Assembly: GCF_009914755.1 (NCBI RefSeq)
Contig: NC_060931.1
Length of the DNA: 64,000 bases
Source of the DNA: the human T2T-CHM13v2.0 reference genome, Homo sapiens
Reading direction: 5' to 3' (one strand)
A program made the translations under genes and the position numbers. Below, piece by piece: positions 45,301-58,749 of this stretch. Under the pieces are notes generated by a model. The model was given only the letters and a program-made list of their open reading frames with translations. It was not told the DNA's origin and ran no database searches. Numbering within the stretch: the stretch's first letter is position 1; each line of letters opens with the position of its first letter.

Positions 45301-46150
45301 CCTCACTACCACCTCTAGAGGCAGCTCGCTTTCCAGATATACTTAAGAGCTTTGCATCCTCCTCCTCTTCATCTTCTCACTGTGCATCTTCCTCCACAGC
45401 TGTTAAGTGCTGCCCATTAATATGCACTGGCCCTGAACTATGCTTCAACCATAAGACCATAGGTGGTGGTATTTCAAAGCCCACAAAGGAAACTGTTGGC
45501 TGTACAGACATTTTCAAAGTTGCCAGTGTTACTTTTATTTGGACTGCGTTTATATTTCATTGCTTCTGCTTCAACGATGTGCAATTCATCATAGGTACCA
45601 GCTCCTGAACTGGCCATTCTTAAAGAAAACTGGTGCTCATTTTCATCATCATCCACATTAAAGTGATAATATTTGTCAGCTTTAGTTCACAATTAAAAAG
45701 TTAATTTTGAGGCCTTAGAGGGCTCATGTCCACGTCCATCAAATCTTCTATGGGTTTGTGGCACCCACTGTGGTGGGAGAGAAGGCGAATGGAGATAAAT
45801 GACTCCTACTCCAGAGAACAAACACACAGGACAGAATCACACCAGGATTGAAAATTTTTTAATTAAATTATAAATATACGTATTTTATATATATAGTGTA
45901 AATATATACACATACATAATTTACAAAAGCATTAAACAAACCAAATACCTAGAATAAATCTATCTGAAAATATGACCCTATTCATAAAATTGTAGAATAT
46001 TTTTAGAGAAGTTAACAAACATCTAAATAAATTATAGAATACATTATGTTATGGATTAGAGGTCTAGGTATTGAGATGATCCCAGTTCTCCTCAAATTGG
46101 ATTAAAGATTAATTTCAATGCCTTTCAAAATTTCATTCCATTTTATTGTC
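42320..46150 (+). mobile_element. Ancient L1M ORF2 (endonuclease to RT), interrupted by an L1 3' fragment (~44480-44585) and the NPM1 retrocopy
   Basis: Starts near the NVNGLNSPIKRQ-equivalent (aatggatttagttcaccaattaagacaaag); resumes at ~45930 with KYLGINL..KEDLNKW..ILPKL..FNAIPIKI-equivalent sequence. Confidence 0.78.
44585..45846 (-). pseudogene. NPM1P13: NPM1 (nucleophosmin) processed pseudogene, full-length with 5'UTR, CDS and 3'UTR, antisense to HDAC9
   Basis: Intronless on the minus strand. 5'UTR cctggtgtgattctgtcc...; start codon decayed to ATA (45749-45751); fragments [23 protein letters not shown] and [52 protein letters not shown]; stop at 44886-44888; NPM1 3'UTR with AATAAA at 44596-44601. 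Frameshifts and stops present. The NPM1 call is strong; the P13 number is from memory of this locus. Confidence 0.93.
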
Positions 46151-49100
46151 ATTCTATTGCTTTTTCTTCCGCTCAATTGGAAGCAACCTTTTCTCCTCTA
46201 ATTATTGGCATGGCCATTCTGCCTCTACTTGCCCTGGGTCTTTGTTTCTTTTGCATTTCCCTGCATTTCTGATCTATAGAAATATCTGCCTGCATGTCAG
46301 GAAACCTTGCCAATGCATAGGAGAAAATAATTGTGTGGAAATTATGCAAGAGCAGTTCACCTTAGAAAACAAAATGAGTTATCACTGCTGTTCTAATTCT
46401 TCATCTTAAAACCATATCCTGATTACAGCAGGAAACCAAGAGGAAGAACCCATTTTATTTTGTCTTGTTAGCTATGGTGAGCAGAATAAAGGCCACCTCT
46501 TCATGTTATTTTTTCGATTAAGTATTTCTCCATTTATTCAACATTTTTAAAATGTCTTTCATATACAGTCTCCATCTTCGTCTTTAAATGGCTCACAACA
46601 AAATAGAGAGTGGGATAAAAATGACTTTCTACTACATAATGTATTTAGTAAATAAGAATATTTGTGGGGGAAAGGGCCATAGGAGGGGAAGAAATTTGCT
46701 CTAGTGGAGAATTTGAGGAGCACGCAATATTTGCGGTGGTCCTTGAATGCTTGGTAAGGTTTTACCAATTCAAAGAAGAATGAAAAAAATAGAATTCAGA
46801 GGAAACAGAATAGATAAAAGTACAGAAATATTAAAATACTTGGCATATTTGGGAAACGTCAACACATAACAAAAACGCTAACAAGTCTATTTAATAGATC
46901 CTTTGCTTGATTGATGTATACATCCATCCTCACACACCTGTTACATTTGCAAAGGCTCTGTTTAGCTTCTTTTATGTTCTGTTCTAAGTCATGCAAATAA
47001 AAAAAATCAGTGAGCTGTTTTTCATAGCTCATCAGTACAGCGTAAATTTTAAAAATCTTACTCAACAGCTTCTCCAAGAATATCCCTCGCCTCTTTCTAT
47101 AGATGAATCTTAGGCAACTAAAATGATTTTTGACGATTTAAATGATCTGATTCTAAAGAACCTGGAAATTACTTATAAGATGATAATGGCCACAATTTTA
47201 TGGTGTTTTAAAATAGCTGCAGTACTTAGAATGTATATGGTATATGCAACTTAACAAACATCTGAATCATGCCAATACATTATCACAACTTTCTGAAAAT
47301 GATGTAGAAAAATAAATTTCCCTGTCACTGAGCCTGAAAATCTGTGTAAAGAATTGCTATGAGTAATGCTTGTGATTAAGCTTTAGATACAATTAAGCTG
47401 GATGAGAGCTTTAAGTGTCAAGAGGTTGTGTTAAAATTATCTAGTGTATCTTATAACTCCATGATAATTACCATTATTTAACAGAATTGCTTGACAGAAA
47501 TGGCATGACGGGTGTGTACTATTTCCTACATTTGCATCTGCTTCATCTTTCTGTAACTTTTGCATGCAAAAGTTGTCTTGTTTGTATAAATTACTCCTTA
47601 TTTATCTTTTAATAATTTCCAGTAATGCTGATTAATCTCCATCACCAATGTTTTTGCTGTATCTAATCACCTAAATTAAATACATAGCAAAACTTTACCA
47701 CATATTCTTATTTTCTGCTCCAAATTTATAAAAAATGAATATTTAATATTATTTTATTAGTTATTAAATTATGAATAATGACAACACTCATAAATATTTA
47801 TTAAGTGGATGCTTCAATCAGATGTTGTTAGTGCCTATAATTGTGAGTGATTAAATAAATGTCTAGAAAAGACAATCCAGTTCTGTGGTCCCGCCATACA
47901 AGATTTTAATTTTATAAAAACAGACTCTAAATGCCACTTGCCTTCTTGCCAACGGAGAGAATATTATCCATTGCATACCTGCCAGAGAAAAAATAAAGAA
48001 CCTACATTGAGAAATTTCTGAATTCAGCTCTGTCTGTATGTATACACTCAAAATGAAACAAATTGGGGCAATTTACTGAAGGTTAAATCCTCTAAATGAC
48101 ATTCAACTAAAACATGCAGGGAAATGGTTTGGGAGGTTTAAATGATCAATTTAATTGCCTTAATTCTCTGAATTGCTTTTTAAAATAGACACAACCCTTT
48201 TGCATCTAACTGAAGATTCTAAATTGGGGGTTTAGGGGTGTTTGTATTTTACTCTCAATACTCTGAATCACGTATGCTTTCTGTATAACCTGAGTCTTTA
48301 AAATAGCCCAGACCTCAGTGTGCAAGAGACCAGAAGTTAGATGTTTTACATATATGATCTGCCTATAGCTTTCTTTCCAGGAGCCAGCACCTTTCAGTTT
48401 GTCAGGATTTTTACCCCAAAGTCACAGGGAAGCTTTTTGAAGAGCTAAATAAGCTGTCATCGCTTTGTGCTTTTGTTCTTAAATATTGGAACATAGAGTG
48501 TCATTTCAAGATATTTTATTAGTAAAATCTACCTGATTTCTATTAAAAATTATTTTCTCTAAGCTCCAAGAAAGGAGTGAAAAATTATTTATAAGCAAAG
48601 TAGCCCTCTGAACCTTGTCTAATGCATAAGAGTTTTCCAAGTAAGCTTCAGTTTATGATTCAGTAGTTCCTCTGAGTTAAGAGAGTGTTACTAGACTAAC
48701 ATATTCTTGAAGATACAATTTGAAATACCACATTTTAAAAAATGATTTTAACAAGTTTTAAGAGTTTATTTCAGAACCTTGTACTGCCACAGAGCGGTGG
48801 TGGTGATGTTTTTTTTTTTTTTTCCTCTCACCAAACTGTATTGCAAATAAACCTTTTGATGTTTAAAAGTTTTTCTTTGGCAGCTAAGAAAAACACTCTG
48901 GAAAGTTATAGTTAGTGAATTTACCCGTGTATAAATATCCCTGAGCTAGTCTGTTATCCTGTGGCATCTGGAATAAAGGTGCTATTGTTGTAGATTTCAT
49001 GATTGAAGAATAGAATAATCAATTCAGAGGGACCCTGAGGGGAAGATTCACTCACATATGTGGTGGAAACTGGTAATCCCTGTGTTTTTTTAGGTTTTCC

Positions 49101-50136
49101 TACAGATGAAGAGACATAGATGAGTTCATGCTTTGATGCGTCTAGTGACATCGCTTCCCATTCGTGCCATATTATAGTTTGATCACCAGTTCTTATTTGA
49201 GATGATTAACCTTAATGTTTCTAGGAAAACTACTTTTTTGTTAATCCTTTTGTTACTATTACTTTATTTGCTTTTTGGGTCACAATAGCTGGACAACTAT
49301 TTTATTTGCAAGGGCCCTAGCCATGCGCTTTCTGCTGCAACATGCCAAACTAATCACCACAGCATTCTGAGGGATGTGTTATCAGACTTAGGCCTAACAG
49401 ATAGGCTCTGTAAATTATTTAAAGCTTCTCTTCATTTCTTGCAAAGCAATGCTTGCTGAGCTTCTCCATGAAAAATTAGTGTAATTCCAGAAGATTATGA
49501 TAGATTTGCAAGGTAGGAGTTTGGCCTGTGCTTACACACAGACATCTGCATAGTTATGAATAAAGTAGAAGTTAAATGAAACTGTACAGTTATTTTACAT
49601 TTGGTTATTTGAACCCTTTCTCTACTACTTTATTCAATGGCCTTTGAATAAAAGCAGCTGTGTCTCATGGCTTTCTATCGTGAAGTGTTCAAATGTATAA
49701 GGTGGTTGGATGTAAAAACACTGTGAAAGTATGGATAATAGAGTGCCCACTTTCTGTCTATTGCAACTTCCCTGAGGTTTTGTTTGCAGGGCCCAGCTGC
49801 ATATACAGACATGATGGAATTTGGTTTGTCAGGAACCTACAAAAATTACACAAATAACTCAGATTTTTAATGAATAATGCACAGACATGCACCTGCTTCA
49901 GGGACTTCATAGATTAGTCTTGTGACCAATGGAAAAGCCCCTTGGAATTCAATTACATGGATACAAAACAGAAAATAAAACTGGCTACACTTCTAGAACT
50001 AATATCAGCAAAATGTTAACTAGTTCTCGGAGCAAGCTTTTCCTGAGGATTAGGTTGTTTCAGTTTGCTTTGCTTCTGTGAGACTTACTATAAAGTCATA
50101 ATATTCTGCTCATACTATTATCTACTATTCTTGCAG

Positions 50137-50221
50137 CTGGAGCCACTTGCAGAAGATATTCTCCACCAAAGCCCGAATATGAATGCTGTTATTTCTTTAC
50201 AGAAGATCATTGAAATTCAAA
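50137..50221 (+). CDS. HDAC9: HDAC9 next coding exon (85 nt, phase 0 to 1)
   Basis: Acceptor tctactattcttgcAG at 50135-50136. Translates LEPLAEDILHQSPNMNAVISLQKIIEIQ plus one nt; donor CAAA|gtatgt at 50222. In frame with the previous exon (...LLGNE|LEPL...). Confidence 0.95.
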
Positions 50222-50244
50222 GTATGTCTTTAAAGTTCTCTTAA
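50222..50244 (+). CDS. HDAC9: Alternative HDAC9 C-terminus by read-through of the donor: ...IEIQSMSLKFS*
   Basis: AGT ATG TCT TTA AAG TTC TCT TAA, stop at 50242-50244. Matches my recollection of the shorter HDAC9 isoform ending SMSLKFS. AATAAA at 50500-50505 and 51076-51081. Confidence 0.8.
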
Positions 50245-51539
50245 AAATTCTAAGCAGGTAAAACTAACTAAAATTATATTGAAAATTATAGTACAAAGAA
50301 ACATTTATTTAGAGTTATCATAATTTGCACATGCGTTCTTAAGTATATATCTTAATGTGTTGCTCTTAATGCAGCAATCTTATCTTACACTGATGACAAA
50401 ACGTAGAGACTCTAGATTTAGAATCTTGTTTTTCTCATGTATTTCAGGTATTTGGAGTTTTTACCATTATGATCACTAAGCATTTACCCAGAACCATGAA
50501 ATAAATGCAGAAATTGTGATTTTGTAATCCAATCTTAATGAAGGGTAGTTATCTCCTAATGATGTTGGAATTCAGCAATCATTTACTGATTCATATGTGT
50601 CAAGAGAGGAAAAAAAAATTAATGAGAAAGCCTCTGTATGGGAAAATCCAACTTAACAAAGCAGGGTTAAGTCATAGACTTTTTTTATTATCCAACTCCC
50701 TTCACACACATACATACACATAAGCACACATGGGTGCACACACATGCTGAAATCAAGCACAAACTAACATGAAGATTAGCATGAAGAGGAAAACCAAAGG
50801 GCACTATTAGGTGTCCAGGAGGAACAGGAAAACCCTTAGGTTTGCTACTGTCTTGTAGAAGCATTTATTAAGTGCCACTTAAGAAGCCACTTGCCAGCTA
50901 TCTCTTTGGGTCATTGCCTTTGCTTGTTCAGTAGCAATTTGGAGATATGGGTTGACTGGAGTTAAATTACCCATTTATTTGATACTGTGAATATTTACAC
51001 ATCAGGCCATATAGGAACTAAAAATAATTCTCCACTTCATCTCACTCATGCTGTGACTGAGGGCTATATGTACCCAATAAACATTTATTGACTACATGTC
51101 ATAACTGAAATAAACTATGAATTTTGAAGACTTTTAGGGAATAGAAAAATAAACCTTCAAATGCTGGGGTGCACTATTCAAGTCTCTGATATAAGCCTAA
51201 AGTACAGGAACTGACAGAGACAAAGCAGCGAAGGCTGGAGGTGATTTCATAAGCTTAAGAAGAAAATCCTGTCATTGTCCTGTCTTTGTCTTGTTTCCAT
51301 TGGGGCTAGATAAAGAGGGTCTATTACATGTCATTCTAGATTTCAAAGCAAGGAATCTTGTAGTGATCTTTGACAGCATTCTTCTCTTCATCCACATGCA
51401 ATCCAATGTATGCTTTCAGGTCATTAATAGAATGAAAATATCTCAGTTTTTATACATATTATTATCTTTTTCTGAGCATTGTTTAGCCATTATATACACA
51501 GAGTGTTAAAATTGATTGTTCCTATGTATATTCTGAGCA

Positions 51540-51900
51540 TATCACTTCAATAGGCATTTTTGAGTTCTTATTACATGTTGATCAATTACCAAGGCACAGA
51601 GGTTATGAAGAGGAATAAGACATAGTTTCTGCATCAAGGAGCTAACAGTCCAATGAGTGAGAGACAACCAAGTAAATAATTGCAATACAGTATTCACAGA
51701 GTACACTGAGGTCATAGACAAGGGGCGGTCTGTTTCTTCAGTCCCTTTCAACTGGGGGTGAGAGGGACTGGATAGTAAGGAAGGTTGCTTGACGGTGATA
51801 TAGCCTGAGCTTGGTTCTTAAGGGCTGAACAGCATGTTGAATAACTGAAGAAAGAGTGAAAATGCTTTGAAAGGAACGACAGAAGTGAAGGACTCTATTT
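51540..51900 (-). mobile_element. L2 remnant
   Basis: ttcaataggcatttttgag..aataagacatagtttctgcatcaaggagctaacagtcca. Confidence 0.6.
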
Positions 51901-52589
51901 CCACATAGGTATAAAAAGGCGTAATTTCTGTACATCTTTAGAAACTCTACTGTTGCCTTTTATATTGGATCTAATTTCCTAGTAATGATTTTCCACTGCA
52001 TAGTTTTTTCCTTTCACTACTGATGTTTTCAAGTGACCTCTACAGTCTGCTCTAGCCAAGCAAACCTGTTTGACTCTTGAAAAAGACTCAATCTACTATC
52101 AAAACTTGCTGTAGGAGTATCCTGCCACTAAGGATTGTCAATTCCACTCTTCTGCCCCAAAGTCTATTTTACACCACCCAACAGTGATCACTTGTCTGTG
52201 AAATCCATTTCCTTCTAAACTCTTAATGAGTACCCCACCCAGCTTGGAGCATTACTGATGATCCAATAATGCCATAATTTCTCAAGACCAATATGTGTTG
52301 GTTCAGCGGTATATTTATTTTCGATGTTTCTCTTAAAAATATCAAATATTTAAATGTCTGTTAGCTCTGGTTGCTAAATTAGAGGATAATCATCAGGAGG
52401 ACAGGAATCATATCTTTTTGTCTCTGAATGTCCCTCCAGGAAGGGTTGACAGCAGGTGTGAGGTGCTTGGGAGCCTGGCCATTAAAAGCAGGCAGATTTG
52501 AGTAGGTAGGACTTGAATAACTCTTCAAGACCATAAACAACAAAGGCCATAAGCAACCAGAGCTCCTCCTTCTGAGTCAAGGATATATG

Positions 52590-52819
52590 GTGTAGTGGAC
52601 ACTGATTTTGGTATACCCAGAAACAATGCACTCTTCACATCTACTCAAAAGGAGTCTGGTTTTATTCATGAATCTTTGCCACCAGATACCGTGCAACTCA
52701 GGGGGAAGTTCAACTTAGCTCCAACTCCAGGGGAGCTGTTTTTAGTCTAAGGCAGTCAACCCACTTGACAGTGATTGGTTAAGAAATGGGTACGTGACTC
52801 AATTCAGGCCAATGAAAAT
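52590..52819 (+). mobile_element. ERVL LTR16-like remnant
   Basis: tgtagtggacactg..gattggttaagaaatgggtacgtgactcaattcaggccaatga. Confidence 0.5.
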
Positions 52820-52995
52820 CAGGACTAGCTTCATGGGCATTCAGCCTGCATGGTCACATAGGTCCTACACATAGAAGGGCCCCATCCTTAGTGTAAGGCT
52901 CTTGGTGTTGCTGCCTAAAATTCTTACTGCGTTTTAAAGAAGCAGCCCATATTTTCATTTGGTACCAGGCCCTATAAATTCTGTAGCCAGTCCTG
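52820..52995 (+). mobile_element. MER45A-like hAT-Tip100 MITE
   Basis: Termini caggactagct...agccagtcctg; 8-bp TSD atgaaaat (52812-52819) / atgaaagt (52996-53003). Confidence 0.8.
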
Positions 52996-53538
52996 ATGAA
53001 AGTCAAGGTGATGGTGAGGTGAAAAAACGTTTACCAAGAAGGAATGATAGTAGCATCACCACAAGGACAACTTAAATGTCAGTTGAGAGGGCTCTGAATA
53101 GTGGGTTGAGGTTGTAAAAGGAAAGAAAACACAAGATCGGAAAGCGATCTCTCACCATTTGAGAAGTGGAGTGAAACTCGGTAGAGAGAAAGTGTTTCAG
53201 CACTGTGGCTTTGACCACCGTGTGGTGCATTTTTATGTGGTTATAACTATGTGTCTTAGGGGCCACTCTTCTATGCTAAAGGAAGAGAAAAGAGCCCTCT
53301 AATGTCCACAGAGCAATAAAATCGAGTGGGTATTTCAGAGTCTTAAACTTCATAATGGCTTGGGAAATTAAAATTATGGGCTCCCTGATTAGTAAACAGT
53401 GCTTGATTTCCTTACAAGATATGAAATCGCACTCTTGCTTCTCACTGTTTTATAACCAATGCTTCCATTTCACCTGCTCCTTTGGGACTCCAGGACCCTA
53501 ATTGTGTTCCTCGTTTCCCCTTTGGCAGAGAAAGTGGT

Positions 53539-53717
53539 AGGGACAGGTTACTTATTTTGTGAGACCCAGTTCAAGATGAAACTGTGTGAACTCTTCCTTG
53601 TTAAAAAAATTAATAATTTCTGGAGGGTAACAGCAAAGCACTGAACCAAGCATGGGGTCTTTCTGAGAGTGGGGCGCTTCGCAACTGCACAGGTAACCCA
53701 TTATGAAGCTGCCCCTG
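53539..53717 (-). mobile_element. Second MER45A-like MITE in the opposite orientation
   Basis: Matches the reverse complement of the same consensus; decayed TSD aaagtggt/aaggtagt. Confidence 0.72.
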
Positions 53718-54269
53718 AAGGTAGTCCTTGTTCAACAGGAGCACTTCCTCTTCACATACGTCTCTGAGTGTCACACAAGTGCCTCCTTTCAACTTTAGGG
53801 GGTGTTCAGATTTCAGCCCACCTTCTAGCCCAGGTTCTGAAGGGTTCTTTTGTGCTGCAGTTTGCAACGACAGTATCAGAAAACTATGTTACTCTTGAGA
53901 AGCAGGCTTGTAGCATGTGGGAAACATTCAGGCAAGTCTCTAGATAGCCTTATCCCAAGGCACATGGCAAGGTGCTGACAGTTCTCCTGTGAATTTCTTT
54001 TTGAGAACTGAGTCCCCCAGCTGAGGGTATGCAGGTGCTGGAGGTGCGTTGGCTCCTTGCCTGGCCACATGTATGTGAATATTTTCCAACAGGATCATTT
54101 ATGTTGTCCTGTCCTTGTTTATGTTGCTCATCTAGCTGAAGAGAAAAGGCCTTACAGGCCACAGAAGGGCAATGATTTATCCTGACAGGTGAAGACCCTT
54201 CCTGACAGGAGAGGGTCTGGTTCCATCTTAACATGATAGATGGCATGCAAGGGTCAACTATCTTTGAGA

Positions 54270-54560
54270 TGACAAAATGGAAAAAAAGTTTCATGTTATT
54301 CCTTAAGAAATTAAAAAGAGAACTACCATATGATTCAGCCATCTCACTTTCTGAAGACTTATCAGAAAGAATTTAAATTAGAATCTCTAAGAGATGTTAG
54401 CACTCCCATGTACTTTGTGGCACTATTCACCATAGCCAAGAGATGGGAGCAACCTGAGTGTCCATCAGTGGATGAGTGGGCAAAGAAAATGTTGTATAGA
54501 CATAAAGTAGAATATTATTCAGACCTACAAAAGGAAATTCTGCAATACGTGGCAACTTAG
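54270..54560 (+). mobile_element. L1M late-ORF2 fragment
   Basis: agaactaccatatgattcagccatc..TPMYFVALFTIAKRWEQPECPSVDEW. Confidence 0.85.
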
Positions 54561-55998
54561 CACAATCTTTTGATGGCAGATATTATTTCTGCTGTGTTCC
54601 TGCTTGTTTTTAATTGCCGTATCTTTTGCACAGTCTCTGGCATGTATTAGGTGCTCTGCAAATGTGTGTTGAATGAATGAATCAGCTAGTCTGTCAATGT
54701 TTGCCACATTTTTCTTCTAAGCCTGCGTTGATTTTTGTAACTAACCTCACATATTTATACTCCTTGGCACACTCATGCAGAATGAGGGATTAAGAAGACC
54801 AAGCAAAATACATGAGAGTCCATTTCCTCTCCTTTCTTCACAACCCACAAGGATGAGTCATTTCTAAGTTAGGAAGAACATGGATTATTTTTGTGAGTTG
54901 CCATTTCCACGGGTAAGCTTGGGGTGACAATTCTCAGAGCTGGATCTAGCACTTGGCTAACTGGCTGTAATAATCAACAAGTGATGCCAGTAACGAGTCA
55001 GCCCAGAGTGAGATAAATAACTCTCATATGGATGTTTCCTTTCCTGAAACCCACCCTAGTGATTTACAGCATCCATGCACCGTTGAATTCGTTCACTTTT
55101 CTGCATGGCATGGTGGGCGCCAGAGTTCTAAAACACCACTCTTTATACCAGTGCTGGCCCATTATAACTTTTTCACAGATTTGGGAGGGGAGGAACCATG
55201 AAGTGAGTTTCCCATAAAAGTAAATTTATTTAGTTTGAAAGACTATCACTTTAAGTTCTAAAAACAAATAATGAATGATATTGATATTAATCTGTGAAAC
55301 CCCAAAACATGAGAACAAGTATAGAGCCATAGTTTCCTTTTATTTATTTAAATTTCTTAGTGAGAAGAGTATTCCTTTTAAGTGTCAACCAATTTTGTAG
55401 ACTTCTTGAATGATAATAATCATAACCATAGCATCTTTTGTTTTGTGGATCAAGGAAACATATACATGCACAAGGATTTGAGGATTCTTTCACAATTTTG
55501 CTGCAACCCTGCAGTGGTTTGCCTCTGATAAGTTGAAAAACACCAGTGTAGGAGATTTTAAAATGATACGAATTCCATCGTAATCTTCTCCTCCACTCCA
55601 CAACCATGTGACAATGAGCAAGCCACTTGTTTGAGGAATTTCACCAGGAATGACATGGCACATCACTAGAATTGCTTTTCCACGTTGGCGCTACTGTGAC
55701 AACAAAGTGGCAAATAGGCAGAAGAATCCTAAAAGAACAGTAAGAATTTTCTCCCTGTAGCCCCACTTTCACTTTTCCCCACTCTAGGGATTATCCCTTA
55801 CTTAGTGAATTGAGGTCTTTTTAGAATTTCTTATTATGCCAACCAAGGCAAAATGGTGGCACAGGCAAGAATGAGGAATGGACAGTGCCTGCAATTTCAC
55901 CATATGTTCTTGTCAAATGTGTTTTACATAAATACAGGAGCAATTTCCATGTTTCTTGTATATAAAATTTGTGAGTATAGCTAATCCTCTGTTGTTTT

Positions 55999-56000
<2 letters not shown>

Positions 56001-56033
<33 letters not shown>
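56001..56033. repeat. (CA)n microsatellite
   Basis: Pure AC run of about 16 units. Confidence 0.97.
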
Positions 56034-56040
<7 letters not shown>

Positions 56041-57639
56041 ATTTAGGGCAATGAGAAGTGAATTTATAATCCTCAGAATTTATCCAACTTTTGAGGACAA
56101 TTTGAAAATGGACATGATTTCCTTTGTTGCAGGGGAATGTTACAAGTAACTATGTAATTGACTAAAGCATAATCAGTTATCTCCATGGTTCCATACCAGC
56201 AATGCACAGAGCACACTCTCACACATTCTAGAGTAATAAGAATGAAATCAGATTTTCCCTGGGAGATGAGAGGCAAGTATATTTGACACCTACTCCTTGT
56301 CAGAACTGTGCTTGATTTATGTTTTGTATATGTGTTTTTGAGTGAGTGATGTCTTGCTTCTCCTCCTCTTCCTCTATGTTATTGTTATTCTTTACTCTTA
56401 TTCGTCCTCCTCTTCCTATTATTATTACTAATATTATTATATCTGTAGTTCTGGGAACTGGTCTTAGAAGTAACAACTGATACTAGAAAAGAACAAAGGA
56501 ATGCTGATTTTGTTGATTTTACTTTTTATTATATTTCCAATGGGAGATAACTCATAGGTAAAATAAAATACTAAATAAACACTGTCAATGTATTAGAATG
56601 AATAATCAAAATATGTGGTACCTAATTTTCTTGGCGATTAAGAGAACTGGTTATGAATTGAAGGAAAAGGCTATAAAAGTAAAATAAGACCGTATTTTAT
56701 GTAATGTTACCGTAAAGATAACAACCATTGTCTTCTTTTATCTGAAATACCATCCTCTCCCATCATTATAATATCCTCTACCGACCCCAGTACAAGGAGA
56801 AGGGGCATTTACATCAGATAATCCAGGAGAAAATCCAAATTGTTTCTAAGCTGAAAGGAATTTGTATACATCTCTTGTTGGGGGGTGGGGGAAGTTATCC
56901 AATGTTTTGACCTCATGGGGCTATGTACACAACTAAAAGCGTTGTTTCTCCAGATTGCAACGTGTGCTGCATAAATTATCTCACAGACTTTACTAGCTTC
57001 TTGACTGCACACCAAAATTCTAACTCAAACTCAGTTTTTCCTCTTTCTTTTTGTCCCCATCTACTTCATTTTGATTTTCTGCCTTTTTTTCGTATGTCTC
57101 TTCTCCTCTCTCTTCCATTTCCATCCTATTGAGATCCAGGGGAGAAGGACAAGAAGGTATTCCCAATATTGGAAAGGAGCTTTTAGCTCATAGCCATTTG
57201 AGGTTTTATTTCCAGCAGGGAAGAAGCATGATAAAGCCTGCAAATCGAAAGATCACTGTGCTTGCTCTGAAGACAGGAGATTAGCAGGGCTTATAGTCAA
57301 ATATGAGCTGTTTAATTCAGAAGTAGAATTGGTATAATATGGTAATTAACTGACAGGGAGAGGATTAATAATGTCTGGGTTTTCTGGCTTGGAAAACTGA
57401 GATGATGGTGGTGATCAGCTCCCACGATAGGAAATTGTGAAGAAAGAAAAGATTTGAAAGGAAGTGAAAAATACTAGACTTAAGAAAAAGACACTTTGCT
57501 GATAGAAAGTCTTAACAATTTGGGGAGAAGGCAGTATCCTCCGGAATATACATTTTCACTGTATTGAAGTTACGGAGGAACATTGGATGAAATTATTTAC
57601 ACAATACAAACCCTGTAAGATGATAGCAAATAATAAAAT

Positions 57640-57870
57640 AATGTAATAATAATTGAGTGCTTACAGTGTGTGAGGTACTATTAAAAATTAATTTGTTTAA
57701 TCTTCTCTACCCTGTAAAGTAGTTACTATTTTCATTCCCATTTTATAGTGAAGTAAACTGAGGCACATCAAGGTTCATTGTATTCCCCAAGGTTACACAG
57801 CTAATGAGTGGGCAAAAGCAAGATCATAAACCAAGCAGTCTAGATCCAGTCTTCCCTCTTAGCCTCTAAG
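57640..57870 (-). mobile_element. MIR
   Basis: attcccattttatagtgaagtaaactgaggcaca..ccaaggttacacagctaatgagtgg. Confidence 0.75.
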
Positions 57871-58749
57871 TTACACTATGTCACAAATAAGTTCATTCCT
57901 TTTGCAATTTTTGGGTTGAGTTTTTCCCATTTCTTCCCAAAGTGACATATTTAGACAAAATTTAAGTTAAGTTAAAATTAGGAATTTGGGAAGTTCTGGC
58001 TAATTGAGATTTAGCCACAGTCAGTTCTGGAAGCTCAGTGCCAAAGTACAAGAAGCCATGGAGCTGTGCGTCCACTTTTGAGCCCCTTATAAACTTGTAA
58101 AATACTTCTAATCAGAAAAAAATGCAAGGATTGGCAGAATTTCAAATCCCTGCCCTGTTGAGTTTAAAGCCCTGACTGTTGTCAGGTGGGAGCTGCTATT
58201 TGTCATATATTCTTTGGCTTTAGACAGAGGCCTTGACGTTAGAGTCCTGGGCCAGGCAGACCTTCATTGAAGAAAAGCAGCGTTAGGCATTTTCCCACTA
58301 TTAACCCTGCCAACCCTCGCTTGTATCACAGCCAGGTCAGACTTGTACACATGGCTTTGTGAAAGTTGACTTTGAACTTCTAATTAACCATTCTCTTCAA
58401 ATGTTCAAAGTCTGGTTGTTGTGTTGGTGGCGCCCTAATACTAGAATGTATCAGAATAAAAAAGAAAAGTCTGCCATCTGCTATGAGACACAGTTTTGGG
58501 GGGTATTTTTTATTCCAACTGCGTCTGCAATTTTTTTTTCACTCACACATCTACCAAGGGAAAACCAATTAAACCAAGAAAATAAAACTATGCATGCTTC
58601 TAGGACTGAAAACTCTTTGTGGATTATGAAAGAGTAGGAATACTTTGTGATCACATACTCAGGTGTTAGCACCCAGATCAATCTCACACATACACATGAT
58701 ACCATGATACCATTCACTGAGACTAGGACGTACTAGAAGAAAGTCAGGT

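Noticed and set aside
44886-45656. NPM1-like ORFs as a functional retrogene
   Set aside because: Start codon lost (ATA), with multiple frameshifts and stops.
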